From assembly GCA_030425615.1 (NCBI GenBank), contig JAUIAI010000001.1, positions 1-31,531 on the forward strand: 31,531 bases of DNA, read 5' to 3'. Positions 22,990 through 31,531 of the stretch are shown in pieces. Both the position numbers and the translations under genes were made by a program. This DNA is from Gammaproteobacteria bacterium (GTDB lineage Bacteria > Pseudomonadota > Gammaproteobacteria > Burkholderiales > Burkholderiaceae_E). The stretch's first letter is position 1, and each line of letters starts with the position of its first letter. The notes under the pieces were generated by a model. It was not told where the DNA came from. It searched no databases and worked only from the letters and a program-made list of their open reading frames with translations.

Positions 22990-25900
22990 TGGCGGAAGAC
23001 GAGCGCATCACAAGCCCCGAGGTGTCGCCGGACGAGGCGTACCAGTTGGCCCGGTCTCGACGTGAGCGCGAGTCCGAGATGGCCTACCTGCAGTCGCTTG
23101 CCCAGCCCAAGGAAGCGGCTGCGCCGGCCGAGGGGGCTGCTGGCGCCGCGGAGTCCGAAGGCGAAGAGGAACTCCCGACGGATGACCGTAGCGTCCTGCA
23201 GCGGTTCGCGACGCATGTGAGCCCGCTGGAATTCATGGGCGGCGCACTCGATGCCTTCGACGAGGATTTCAACACGCTCCGGAAGCTCTCCGAGGGCGGC
23301 AACAAGTTCCTCATGGAGAGTCTCGGAATCCCTGGGCTCATCATCGACGAGGATGGCGGGCTCCGGTTCACGACGGACGCAGACGAGCTCCACGCCACGG
23401 ATGACTTCGGTGGCCTGCTGCCCGACATCGGGGACAAGGAGCGCGGCGGGATGGCGCGTGGCATCGGCCAGTTCGCTGCCAACTACATCGGTCTCGGGAA
23501 GGCGTTCAAGGGCCTCGGGGCCTTGCAGGGCACGACTCGCGCAGCGATGGCGACGAACGCGACGCTCCGTGGTGCTCTAAGCACATTCTCCGGGTTCGAG
23601 GGCATGGACAACCCGGTGAATCACCTCGTGGACGCATTCCCGTCGCTCGAGGGGCCCGTTACGGAGTTCCTCGACTCGGATGCCGAGGACCCGGAACTCC
23701 TGAACAAGCTCCGCAACGGCTTGCTCGACGCCGGGATCGGGACGGCCGTCGATGGCGCGATGTTCATGCTGCGGAATGTCCGGCACGCTCACAAGACAGT
23801 GGGGCAGCTGGATCAAATCGCTGACGACGTGGCCCGCACCGAGCAGATTGTCGAGACATCCCGTGAGCAGTTCAAGCAGCTGTTGGGCGATCCGGACGAT
23901 GCTCGCCTGTTGGCGATGGGGGACGCTGCGTCCGAAGGGGTCGAAGCGGGCGATGACGTGTTCATCAACTGGAGCCGCATCGACTCCGGAGATGACGTGA
24001 AGCAGCTGATCCAGGACATTGCCGACGCTGACGCTCCGGCGATCAACTCGGCGCGTCGTGGCGTACAGTCGAACGAACTCACCGAGCAGCTAGCCGATCA
24101 GGAGGACGCCTGGCAGATCCTTCTGGATCGGCGGAAGTCGAACACGCCGTCACCGCTCAACGCCGAGCAGTCGCTGGCCGTGCGTCGCCTCTGGACGGCT
24201 TCGAGTGAGAAGACGCTCGAGATGGCGCAGCGCGTCCAGTCGGGTGGCGGGGTCGCTGAGCAGACCGCATTCCGCAAGATGCTGGCCGTGCACGCCACGA
24301 TTCAGGAGCAGGTGATCGCAGCCCGGACGGAGACGGCGCGCGCTCTGCAGTCGTGGCGTATCCCGGCCGGGGGCATGGCCGAGTTCTCTGCGGGCCTCGA
24401 CGATCTCATGCGCCAGGTAGATCTCGACCCCGCGACGAAGCGGATCGCCGAGGGCCTCACGACCATGAACGCGATGGGCCGGACGACGGCCGCCGATGCC
24501 TTCGTCTACGCGGCGGGGCGTATGGGCAAGCTCGAGAGGTACGCCACGAACGCTTCGGACATGATCCGGCAGCTGTACTACGCAGCGCTGCTCTCGAGCC
24601 CGCACACTCACGCGCGGAACGGGATCGGAAACACCGGTATGTCGATCCTGCACATCATGGAGCGGAAAGCGGCCAATTCGCTGGGCCGGATGCTGGGCGA
24701 CGCCCGGGTCGCTGACGGTGAAGCTTCGGCGATGGCCTTCGGCATGGTGCAGGGCGCTCGTGATGCGTTCCGGATCTCGAAGCTCTCGCGGGAGGCGGCC
24801 GAGGCACAGGGTCGCATCGCGGGCACGGTGGCCGATGCGATGCGGACCGGTGACTCGGGGTTCGGGATCGGCAAGGTTGACTCCCGGATGCTGGGGGCCT
24901 TCTCGGCGGAGAAGCTCCGAGTGGATCCGGACAGCGCGTGGGGGAAGGCGCTCGACTATCTGGACGCTGCCACCCAGATCCCGACCCGCGGGCTCGGTGT
25001 GGCGGACGAAGTGTTCAAGACGGCCAACTACCGGGCCGAGATTGCGGCCCAGGCGCATCGTCGGGTCCAGCAGGAGATTGCAGAAGGGACGATTACGAAG
25101 GCGCAGGGGGCCGACCGTTTAGCGACGCTGCTTTCGGACCCGGACGAGGCCATGAAGCTCATGGCGATGCGGCAGGCGCAGGAAGCGACATTCACGGCGG
25201 TCCCGCAGGATACGGGCTTCTGGCGTGCCGCTCGAGGTGTCGCGCAGGCTCCGGTCCTCGGGAAGATCCTGCTTCCCTTCTCGCGGACTCCGTACAACAT
25301 CATGGTCGAGTCGATCGAGCGGCTCCCGCTGGCCCCACTGTCGAAGAAGTGGCGAGCCGATATGCTGGCCGGCGGGGCGCGTGCCGACATCGCACTCGCG
25401 AAGACCGGGCTCGGGTCGATGTTCCTTGCCGCCTCGTTCGATCTCGCCGCCAACGGCTATCTCACGGGCGACATGCGCGGCCTCAGTGTGACGCCTGGAG
25501 AGCGGGAGCAGCGCACCCGGCTTGGCGAGCGTTCGATGACGCTACGTATCCCCACCGACGATCCGGACGGCAGTGGTCGGACGTTCTCGTTCCGCGGCCT
25601 CGACCCGCTCACGTTCTCGCTGGGTGTGGCGGCCAATACCTACGAGATCCTGTCCTCCGACGACTTCGAGGCATACGACAAGGATGGGCAGGACATCGCG
25701 GCTGCGGCGATCATGGCGATCGGGTCGCAGTTCACGACCGCGAACTACATGAGCGGCGTGTCCGACTTCTTCGACGCGATGAGCAACCCCGCCCGCGCTT
25801 CGGAAGGCTACCTCGAGCGGCTCGTTTCTTCGCCCGTTCCGACCGGGATCGCCCAGGTGGCCCGCACGATCGACCCGACCTTCCGCGAGGTGAACACGTG

Positions 25901-26507
25901 GTGGGAGGCTGTGACGGCGAAGATCCCGCTGGCCTCGATGGCGCTCGAACCGAAGCTCGATGTATGGGGCCGGGAGCTTTCGCGCGATTCCGGTCTCGGC
26001 AGCGTCTACGACCTGACCATGCCGATCTACTCCGCGAATCAGGACGTGGCGCCGATCGACGTAGAACTCGACAGCCTCGGGAAGAGCCTCGGCAAGCCTC
26101 CGCGTTCGACGAGCTTCGACGGTATCAACGTCAACCTGAAGGCATTCCCGCACATCTACACCGAGTACGTTCGGCTGTCGGGCAACGCCATGAAAGAAAC
26201 GGTCGAGGGGGCACCCGTCATCGTCAAGTCGATCGGGTTCGTGAGTCAGGGCGGCGGACTGCGCGAGGAGCTTGACGCGATCGTGCAAGGCAATCATCCG
26301 TTTTCCGGGATCTACGAAGCTGGCACGGAAGGCGCAGAGGGGGACCGGGCGCACTGCATCCAGTCGATCACGGACGAGTACCGGAAGCAGGCACGGCGGC
26401 ACCTCGTCGAGAAGTTCCCGGACCTGCGGGCGGAACTCGAAGTGCGGGCAGACGAGCGGCAGGATCGGAACTTCGGTCCGCAGCGATTGAACCTCTTCGG
26501 CAACTAG
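22989..26507 (+). CDS. Large internal virion (ejection) protein, 1172 aa
   Basis: gp16-like slot; C-terminal LPFSRTPYNI, YMSGVSDFFDA and PKLDVWG motifs; no lytic transglycosylase motif recognised. Confidence 0.75.
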   Translation: MAEDERITSPEVSPDEAYQLARSRRERESEMAYLQSLAQPKEAAAPAEGAAGAAESEGEEELPTDDRSVLQRFATHVSPLEFMGGALDAFDEDFNTLRKLSEGGNKFLMESLGIPGLIIDEDGGLRFTTDADELHATDDFGGLLPDIGDKERGGMARGIGQFAANYIGLGKAFKGLGALQGTTRAAMATNATLRGALSTFSGFEGMDNPVNHLVDAFPSLEGPVTEFLDSDAEDPELLNKLRNGLLDAGIGTAVDGAMFMLRNVRHAHKTVGQLDQIADDVARTEQIVETSREQFKQLLGDPDDARLLAMGDAASEGVEAGDDVFINWSRIDSGDDVKQLIQDIADADAPAINSARRGVQSNELTEQLADQEDAWQILLDRRKSNTPSPLNAEQSLAVRRLWTASSEKTLEMAQRVQSGGGVAEQTAFRKMLAVHATIQEQVIAARTETARALQSWRIPAGGMAEFSAGLDDLMRQVDLDPATKRIAEGLTTMNAMGRTTAADAFVYAAGRMGKLERYATNASDMIRQLYYAALLSSPHTHARNGIGNTGMSILHIMERKAANSLGRMLGDARVADGEASAMAFGMVQGARDAFRISKLSREAAEAQGRIAGTVADAMRTGDSGFGIGKVDSRMLGAFSAEKLRVDPDSAWGKALDYLDAATQIPTRGLGVADEVFKTANYRAEIAAQAHRRVQQEIAEGTITKAQGADRLATLLSDPDEAMKLMAMRQAQEATFTAVPQDTGFWRAARGVAQAPVLGKILLPFSRTPYNIMVESIERLPLAPLSKKWRADMLAGGARADIALAKTGLGSMFLAASFDLAANGYLTGDMRGLSVTPGEREQRTRLGERSMTLRIPTDDPDGSGRTFSFRGLDPLTFSLGVAANTYEILSSDDFEAYDKDGQDIAAAAIMAIGSQFTTANYMSGVSDFFDAMSNPARASEGYLERLVSSPVPTGIAQVARTIDPTFREVNTWWEAVTAKIPLASMALEPKLDVWGRELSRDSGLGSVYDLTMPIYSANQDVAPIDVELDSLGKSLGKPPRSTSFDGINVNLKAFPHIYTEYVRLSGNAMKETVEGAPVIVKSIGFVSQGGGLREELDAIVQGNHPFSGIYEAGTEGAEGDRAHCIQSITDEYRKQARRHLVEKFPDLRAELEVRADERQDRNFGPQRLNLFGN

Positions 26508-26547
26508 AAACGGAATCAGGGGAGAGACGGAGAAACGGCCATGTGAA

Positions 26548-28788
26548 ATGACGATCCAAAGCCAGAACCGACGAGTGGCCTACGACGGCAACGGCCTGAC
26601 CGTGGCCTTCGACTACACGTTCCGAATTCAGGACGAGGGGGACTTGACGGTCATCCTGCAGTCTTCGGCGGGTGTCGATGCGGTCCAGACCATCACCACT
26701 CATTACACGGTGTCGGGGGTCGGGGATGCTGGCGGCGGCACGGTCACGATGGTTACGGCGCCGGCTGTGGGCGAGACGCTCTCGATCTTCGTCGATCCCG
26801 ACCTGACCCAGCTCACCGACTACTCGAACGGCGGGACGTTCCCCGCTCAGTCTCACGAGGATGCGCTCGACAAGCTGACGCTCATCGCGAAGCGCACCCG
26901 CGACATCGCGGAGCGCGGCCTCGTGCTCGAGGACGGTGACGTATCCGGGGCGGGGCAGTACGACGCCGGGTCCAACAAGATCACGAACCTGGGAAACGCA
27001 TCGGCTTCTGGCGATGCCGTCAACAAGAGCACGATGGACACGGCGATCGCTGCCGCAGCGCTGGGCGGGAGCACATCCGAAATCGTCGGCGACGGGTCTT
27101 TCTACCGCTTCGACAATCTCGCGTATCGGCTGGATGAGACGGGGGCCGAAACCCGTCAGCTGATCGCGGGGCTCGGGGATGTGCTTTCCGTCAAGGACTT
27201 CGGTGCCGTTGGCGATGGCGCCACGGATGACCGAACGGCGATCGTGGCCGCAGTGGCCGCCGCAGACGACACGGGGAAGGTGGTCTACTTCCCCCCCGGC
27301 CGGTACGTCGTCGACACGAGCGCAGGCGAGATCGACGTTTCGGGCGTGACCCTCATGGGGTCGTATGTCTTCGACGGCACGAACTCTGGCGGCCCCACCC
27401 TCGGGTCGGTGCTCTATCTCGCGGGCGATGCGACTGAGCCCGCGTTCGAGTTCCACTCCAACACGAACGTGATCGGCCTGGGCTTCTGGTACACGAACCA
27501 GCCCGACGACGCATCACCGACGGCCTATGCGCCCACATTCCGCGGGCAGCTCGGCGTCGGAGCCATGAACTTCGTTCGGTTCCTCGACTGCACGTTCTAC
27601 AACGCCTACGACGCCATCGACTTCAACGTGTCGACAAGTGTGGGCCATATCTTCATCGACCGCTGCACGATCTACGCGGCGCGCTACGGCATCCGGATCA
27701 ACGGGAACGATGAGGTGGTGAAGATCACGAACTCCTCGTTCACGCCGTCTCACTTCACCGACGGGACGGACTCCGGCATCCGGTCCTACACGAAGGCGAG
27801 TGGCTCGGCGATCCGAATCGACCAGGCGTCGGACGGACTCTGGGTGTCCAAGTGCCAGTTCTACGGCTGGAACAAGGGTATCGACTACGACTCCGGGACC
27901 TCGACGTTCCAACACATCGTCGATAACGAGATGGGGCAGACGCTCAACGCGATCTACGTCGGAGGCTGCATCGTGCAGTCGACGATCGCGGCGAACTCGT
28001 TCATCTGTTTCGACAACCAGACGGCGGCGACCCTCGGCTACTGCATCAACTTCGACTCGCCCAGCGCGGCACCGAAGGTGGCGATCTCGGGGAACTACTT
28101 CGCCCAGACGAGCGGCGATCACATCCGGATCAGCGATGCGACCTACGCGGGTCGGTATGTGATTTCGGGGAACCTGTTCGAGCTCATGTCTCGGTCGCAG
28201 ACCTCGGTGCACTCCGCGGTCAACTTCTCGAGCGCGAACGCCGCCCTGATCTTTGCCGACAACCACGTCACCGGGCAGGGCAACGCCTACGCTAACGGCG
28301 TGACGGTCGCCTCGGCCACGGTTGCAGCCATCAAGTCGAATACGTTCCAGAACACGAACGAGCCGGTATCGCTCACGAGCTGCGCGAATCTGATCGTCCG
28401 CGGCAACGAGTCTTTCAACTCGCAGGCGGCTCCGGACTTTACGGGGACGATCACGCAGACGTTCCGGCACACGGACAACGTGTGGGACCAGGCTACGTCC
28501 TTCTCGGTGGCGAGTGCGACGAGCATAGAGCCCCCGATCGGCCCGCTCGTGAACGTGACCGGGACGACCACGATCAACACGGTCTTCGATCAGGATGCGG
28601 CGGTCCCGCCCGCTGGGTCTGTCGTGATGCTCAAGTTTAATGCCTCGGTCACGGTGAACGACGCCACGACTTCGAGCGGGAACATCCGGCTGGCTGGCGG
28701 CTCGGACCTGTCGGCAACGGACAATGACATTCTCGTGCTCGTCTCTGACGGCGCGGAGATGCTCGAGCTTAGCCGCTCGGTCAACTAG
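26548..28788 (+). CDS. Tailspike/tail fibre with gp17-like N-terminal anchor and pectate-lyase-like beta-helix (746 aa)
   Basis: YDGNGLTVAFDYTFRI...LDKLT anchor; LSVKDFGAVGDGATDD..AI..A...GKVVYFPPGRY; repeated xNxF beta-helix rungs. Confidence 0.9.
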   Translation: MTIQSQNRRVAYDGNGLTVAFDYTFRIQDEGDLTVILQSSAGVDAVQTITTHYTVSGVGDAGGGTVTMVTAPAVGETLSIFVDPDLTQLTDYSNGGTFPAQSHEDALDKLTLIAKRTRDIAERGLVLEDGDVSGAGQYDAGSNKITNLGNASASGDAVNKSTMDTAIAAAALGGSTSEIVGDGSFYRFDNLAYRLDETGAETRQLIAGLGDVLSVKDFGAVGDGATDDRTAIVAAVAAADDTGKVVYFPPGRYVVDTSAGEIDVSGVTLMGSYVFDGTNSGGPTLGSVLYLAGDATEPAFEFHSNTNVIGLGFWYTNQPDDASPTAYAPTFRGQLGVGAMNFVRFLDCTFYNAYDAIDFNVSTSVGHIFIDRCTIYAARYGIRINGNDEVVKITNSSFTPSHFTDGTDSGIRSYTKASGSAIRIDQASDGLWVSKCQFYGWNKGIDYDSGTSTFQHIVDNEMGQTLNAIYVGGCIVQSTIAANSFICFDNQTAATLGYCINFDSPSAAPKVAISGNYFAQTSGDHIRISDATYAGRYVISGNLFELMSRSQTSVHSAVNFSSANAALIFADNHVTGQGNAYANGVTVASATVAAIKSNTFQNTNEPVSLTSCANLIVRGNESFNSQAAPDFTGTITQTFRHTDNVWDQATSFSVASATSIEPPIGPLVNVTGTTTINTVFDQDAAVPPAGSVVMLKFNASVTVNDATTSSGNIRLAGGSDLSATDNDILVLVSDGAEMLELSRSVN

Positions 28789-28799
28789 GAGGGAACGAC

Positions 28800-31531
28800 A
28801 TGAGACGAACAACCCGATTCATGGCGGTGGCGCTCGTGGCGCTCCTGGCCGTGATCTTGATGGGGGCGAAGCTGCCCGGAGTGACGCCTGCTCCTGGCGA
28901 GAACAAGCCGCAGCAGCGGGTCAACCTGACCTCGAGGCAGTCGGCTGGCGTCTACTACGTTGCTGACAGCTACGGGCTCCAGAATATCTACCTGATCCAC
29001 GGAGGCAGCCTCGCCGGCACGCTCTACATGTGCAACGAGACTGACGCCGACTCCGACGGAGATGGATCTGTCGACACGGCAGCCGAGTGCGTATCTCTTG
29101 GCAGCGTCGGTGCCGACCTTACGTTGGAAGGCCGGAAGGGAACGCGCCGATTCATCGTGATCGACATCGACACGGCCGAGGCAGACGGGACACCCTCGAA
29201 GCTCACGATCTTCGGGACGAATGACCAGGTGGCGAGCGGCGGCGGCTCAACCACTGACATCGACGGCGACGGCCTGTATGACGTAGTTCGGTTCCCTGCG
29301 GATTTTGACGGAGACGGGTCTTCCTGGCTGACGTGTACCGGGGAGGGCGAGCCCGATGCGGCCTGCCCTTTTGCCGGGCCTAAGGTCTGGACCGACTTCG
29401 CGAGTGACTTTCACGCTGCACAGGATAAGTCGAATGTCGGTGTTTCGATGTTTTTCGATCCGGGACTATATGTGACCCGAGTCGCTGTCTGTGACGGTGG
29501 CACGCGCGACGAGCTCTCGTGTAGCTCCGACGCTGACTGCACCGGAGGAGGAACCTGCGACGTGCTTCCGACTTCGGGGTACGATTTCCAGCACACCTAC
29601 CCGAGCGGAGCCCTCCGATCTTCCGTTGCGACGACCCGGACTGCGCACGCCCCCGTCGCTTGGAAGTCTGGGATGAAGATGTTTGGTGCAGGTGCCGACT
29701 TGAATAGCGCGGTTGATGACGCCGTTACCGGATCGTGGATTGTGGACGACCTGGGCTACGCCGCCGAGACGGACGGTTCCGATCCCGGCGTTGATCTTTC
29801 TGATTGGTCTTTCGGCGTCGGGTTCAAAGACACCGATTGCGGCGATGATACGGCCTACGGCGAGTGTCTTTATGACGACACGCCTGTAACCGGACTCGTC
29901 TCTGGGCTAGAGGGGAATGCCGAGGACAGCCTCTTGTGCATCTGCGACAACTCGGCTGCGAGTGGCGGGTGTACGGGTGCAGGCGTTGAGCCGAATGTCG
30001 ACGACGCTTGGGCTGCGGCTCTACAGTCTGGCGATTGGCTCATCTTCGACGGCATGTCCTACACGGACAACGCGAACACGAACGAAAACAACCCGATTGT
30101 TCGCGTGATCGTCGAGGGCGAGGGATGTGACAGCGGGAATGGCGTCCTCGTGCGAGCCCACGACGGGAGCTTCGATACGGGGGCGAGCCTCGCCGGGATC
30201 GACGTGCGTCGCGTGGATCCCCGGATGATCGCGACCGGAATTGAGGTGACGGGGTTCAACTTCGTCCCGCAGAACCCCCTCCAGCAGAACGGCTACGGTG
30301 CCGACTGGCCTCTGGCTGACGATTGCGGCGACTTCGACGACGGACAGGACGGGTCGGCAAACGGGGACTCGAATCGTTTTTCGGGGGTCGCAGCGACCGC
30401 GGACCGCGCCGACTTCGATCCGGACTGCGACCTTAACAGCTCCGTGGGCATCTTCAGCGGCTACGGGCATCGCGTGTGGGGTAATGCCTTTCACCACTCA
30501 TCTGCCGTCGACGGGCCCGGAACGATGGACGGCGCAGACAGCTGCATCGACTGTTCGTTCGACAACAACTATCTAGGCCCAACGAGTGCCGTCTCTTCAA
30601 TGCTCGACACCGGAACCGGCTGGGAGATCAGCGAGAACATCTTCGAGGGCTGTGCGGAGATCGAAACTTCTACGGGATCCTGCTTCCGGACGCTCGGCGA
30701 TAATGTCGAGTTCTTCCGAAACCGATTCTTCAACGTTGGCGTCGGGCGCTGCACTGATACCGATGACGCTACGACCGCCGCGTCGACAGAGCTTTGTCAC
30801 GACAACAACGATTGCTCGGGGACTTGCTCGATCTCGCCCGGCAATTGGGGTGCGGCGCGAAACGGTCTCAACCGATTCGAGCAGAATTTCTTTACCGGCT
30901 TCGTCTCGCGCTTCGGCCTAGACGCCTCGGGTTCCGACTTCATCTTCACGGACAACACGGTGACGGGGGTCAGCGGGGATATCCCGATCTTCATCGCCGT
31001 GGACCCGACGAACGACGACCTACGAGACGTGCAGATCCGCGACAACACGTTCCGCTTCATGCGGACGCGCGGGACGAATAACGCGTGGGTCACACTCATC
31101 CAAGATACGAACCAGATCCCCCGTAGCGTTCAGGTAACGGGCAACCGCTTTATCGCCAGCGAGGCGGCAGACGGCGACTCGAACCAGCTCGCGGCGCTCA
31201 GGATCGGGAGCGGGTCGAGCGAGAACTCTGCTCATGCCGAATACGAGATCAGCGGGAATGTCGTCTATGGCTACGACGTGCTTGCCTACACAGAGATAAC
31301 GGCCGGAGAACTTGAGGAGCCTCTCCCGCCCGGCTGGCGCAGAAACGTTTTCAACGATGTGATGCTGACGGAGCGGGGCGGCGACACCTACGCCAATGTG
31401 ATCTCGGGCATCACATGTGACGCTTCGACGAAGGGCGACGCATACACGATCACTGACTCCAGTTCGTGCACGACGGACAACGCCGGCACCGACGCTCAAT
31501 GCTACTGCGACGGTTCTAGCTGGACGGACCG
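28800..31531 (+). CDS. Large (>910 aa) Cys/Asp-rich beta-helix protein with N-terminal signal peptide; truncated by window edge
   Basis: Translated by hand, with no stop from ATG 28800 to the end; AGGAGG SD; MRRTTRFMAVALVALLAVILMGA N-terminus; DxDGDG motifs; about 28 Cys. Absent from the ORF track. Confidence 0.88.
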   Translation, partial: MRRTTRFMAVALVALLAVILMGAKLPGVTPAPGENKPQQRVNLTSRQSAGVYYVADSYGLQNIYLIHGGSLAGTLYMCNETDADSDGDGSVDTAAECVSLGSVGADLTLEGRKGTRRFIVIDIDTAEADGTPSKLTIFGTNDQVASGGGSTTDIDGDGLYDVVRFPADFDGDGSSWLTCTGEGEPDAACPFAGPKVWTDFASDFHAAQDKSNVGVSMFFDPGLYVTRVAVCDGGTRDELSCSSDADCTGGGTCDVLPTSGYDFQHTYPSGALRSSVATTRTAHAPVAWKSGMKMFGAGADLNSAVDDAVTGSWIVDDLGYAAETDGSDPGVDLSDWSFGVGFKDTDCGDDTAYGECLYDDTPVTGLVSGLEGNAEDSLLCICDNSAASGGCTGAGVEPNVDDAWAAALQSGDWLIFDGMSYTDNANTNENNPIVRVIVEGEGCDSGNGVLVRAHDGSFDTGASLAGIDVRRVDPRMIATGIEVTGFNFVPQNPLQQNGYGADWPLADDCGDFDDGQDGSANGDSNRFSGVAATADRADFDPDCDLNSSVGIFSGYGHRVWGNAFHHSSAVDGPGTMDGADSCIDCSFDNNYLGPTSAVSSMLDTGTGWEISENIFEGCAEIETSTGSCFRTLGDNVEFFRNRFFNVGVGRCTDTDDATTAASTELCHDNNDCSGTCSISPGNWGAARNGLNRFEQNFFTGFVSRFGLDASGSDFIFTDNTVTGVSGDIPIFIAVDPTNDDLRDVQIRDNTFRFMRTRGTNNAWVTLIQDTNQIPRSVQVTGNRFIASEAADGDSNQLAALRIGSGSSENSAHAEYEISGNVVYGYDVLAYTEITAGELEEPLPPGWRRNVFNDVMLTERGGDTYANVISGITCDASTKGDAYTITDSSSCTTDNAGTDAQCYCDGSSWTD

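Noticed and set aside
26508-26547. Purine-rich ACGG repeats resembling the pentamer array
   Set aside because: Only three ACGG copies, at irregular spacing and not 5-nt phased.
10454-27456. Long antisense ORFs in the late region (e.g. 10454..12217, 12778..14025, 14747..15913, 21298..22611, 26368..27456)
   Set aside because: Shadow frames opposite well-supported genes, caused by high GC3 codon bias; Arg/Pro-rich and without motifs.

Overview
A GC-rich (about two-thirds GC, by eye) tailed-phage genome segment with no host genes; no integrase is visible in the window. 1-3789 is a leftward early arm of small ORFs plus a DUF1071/Sak-type annealing protein and SSB. Back-to-back sigma70-like promoters at 3829-3910 separate it from a rightward arm: Cro-like HTH, HNH proteins, a short replication-initiator-like protein, RusA-like resolvase, TerS/TerL, then a T7/BPP-1-like podovirus virion module (portal, scaffold, capsid, decoration, tail tubular A/B, internal virion proteins, tailspike). 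The window ends inside a long ORF missing from the supplied track, encoding a signal-peptide-bearing, Cys/Asp-rich beta-helix protein. The standout is 6071-7385: a stand-alone Cas7/RAMP-like gene, a translationally coupled helical partner gene, and a 165-bp intergenic array of 33 strictly phased pentamers (A-NN-GG, i.e. constant GGA alternating with variable NN). There is no CRISPR array and no cas1/2. This looks like a phage RNA-guided module of the VIPR type (recalled from recent preprint literature, not verifiable here) but with GGA rather than GGY. Several intergenic regions also look like structured RNAs, and a duplicated late-promoter-like motif is present. All family assignments come from motif recognition by eye; no database searches were run.
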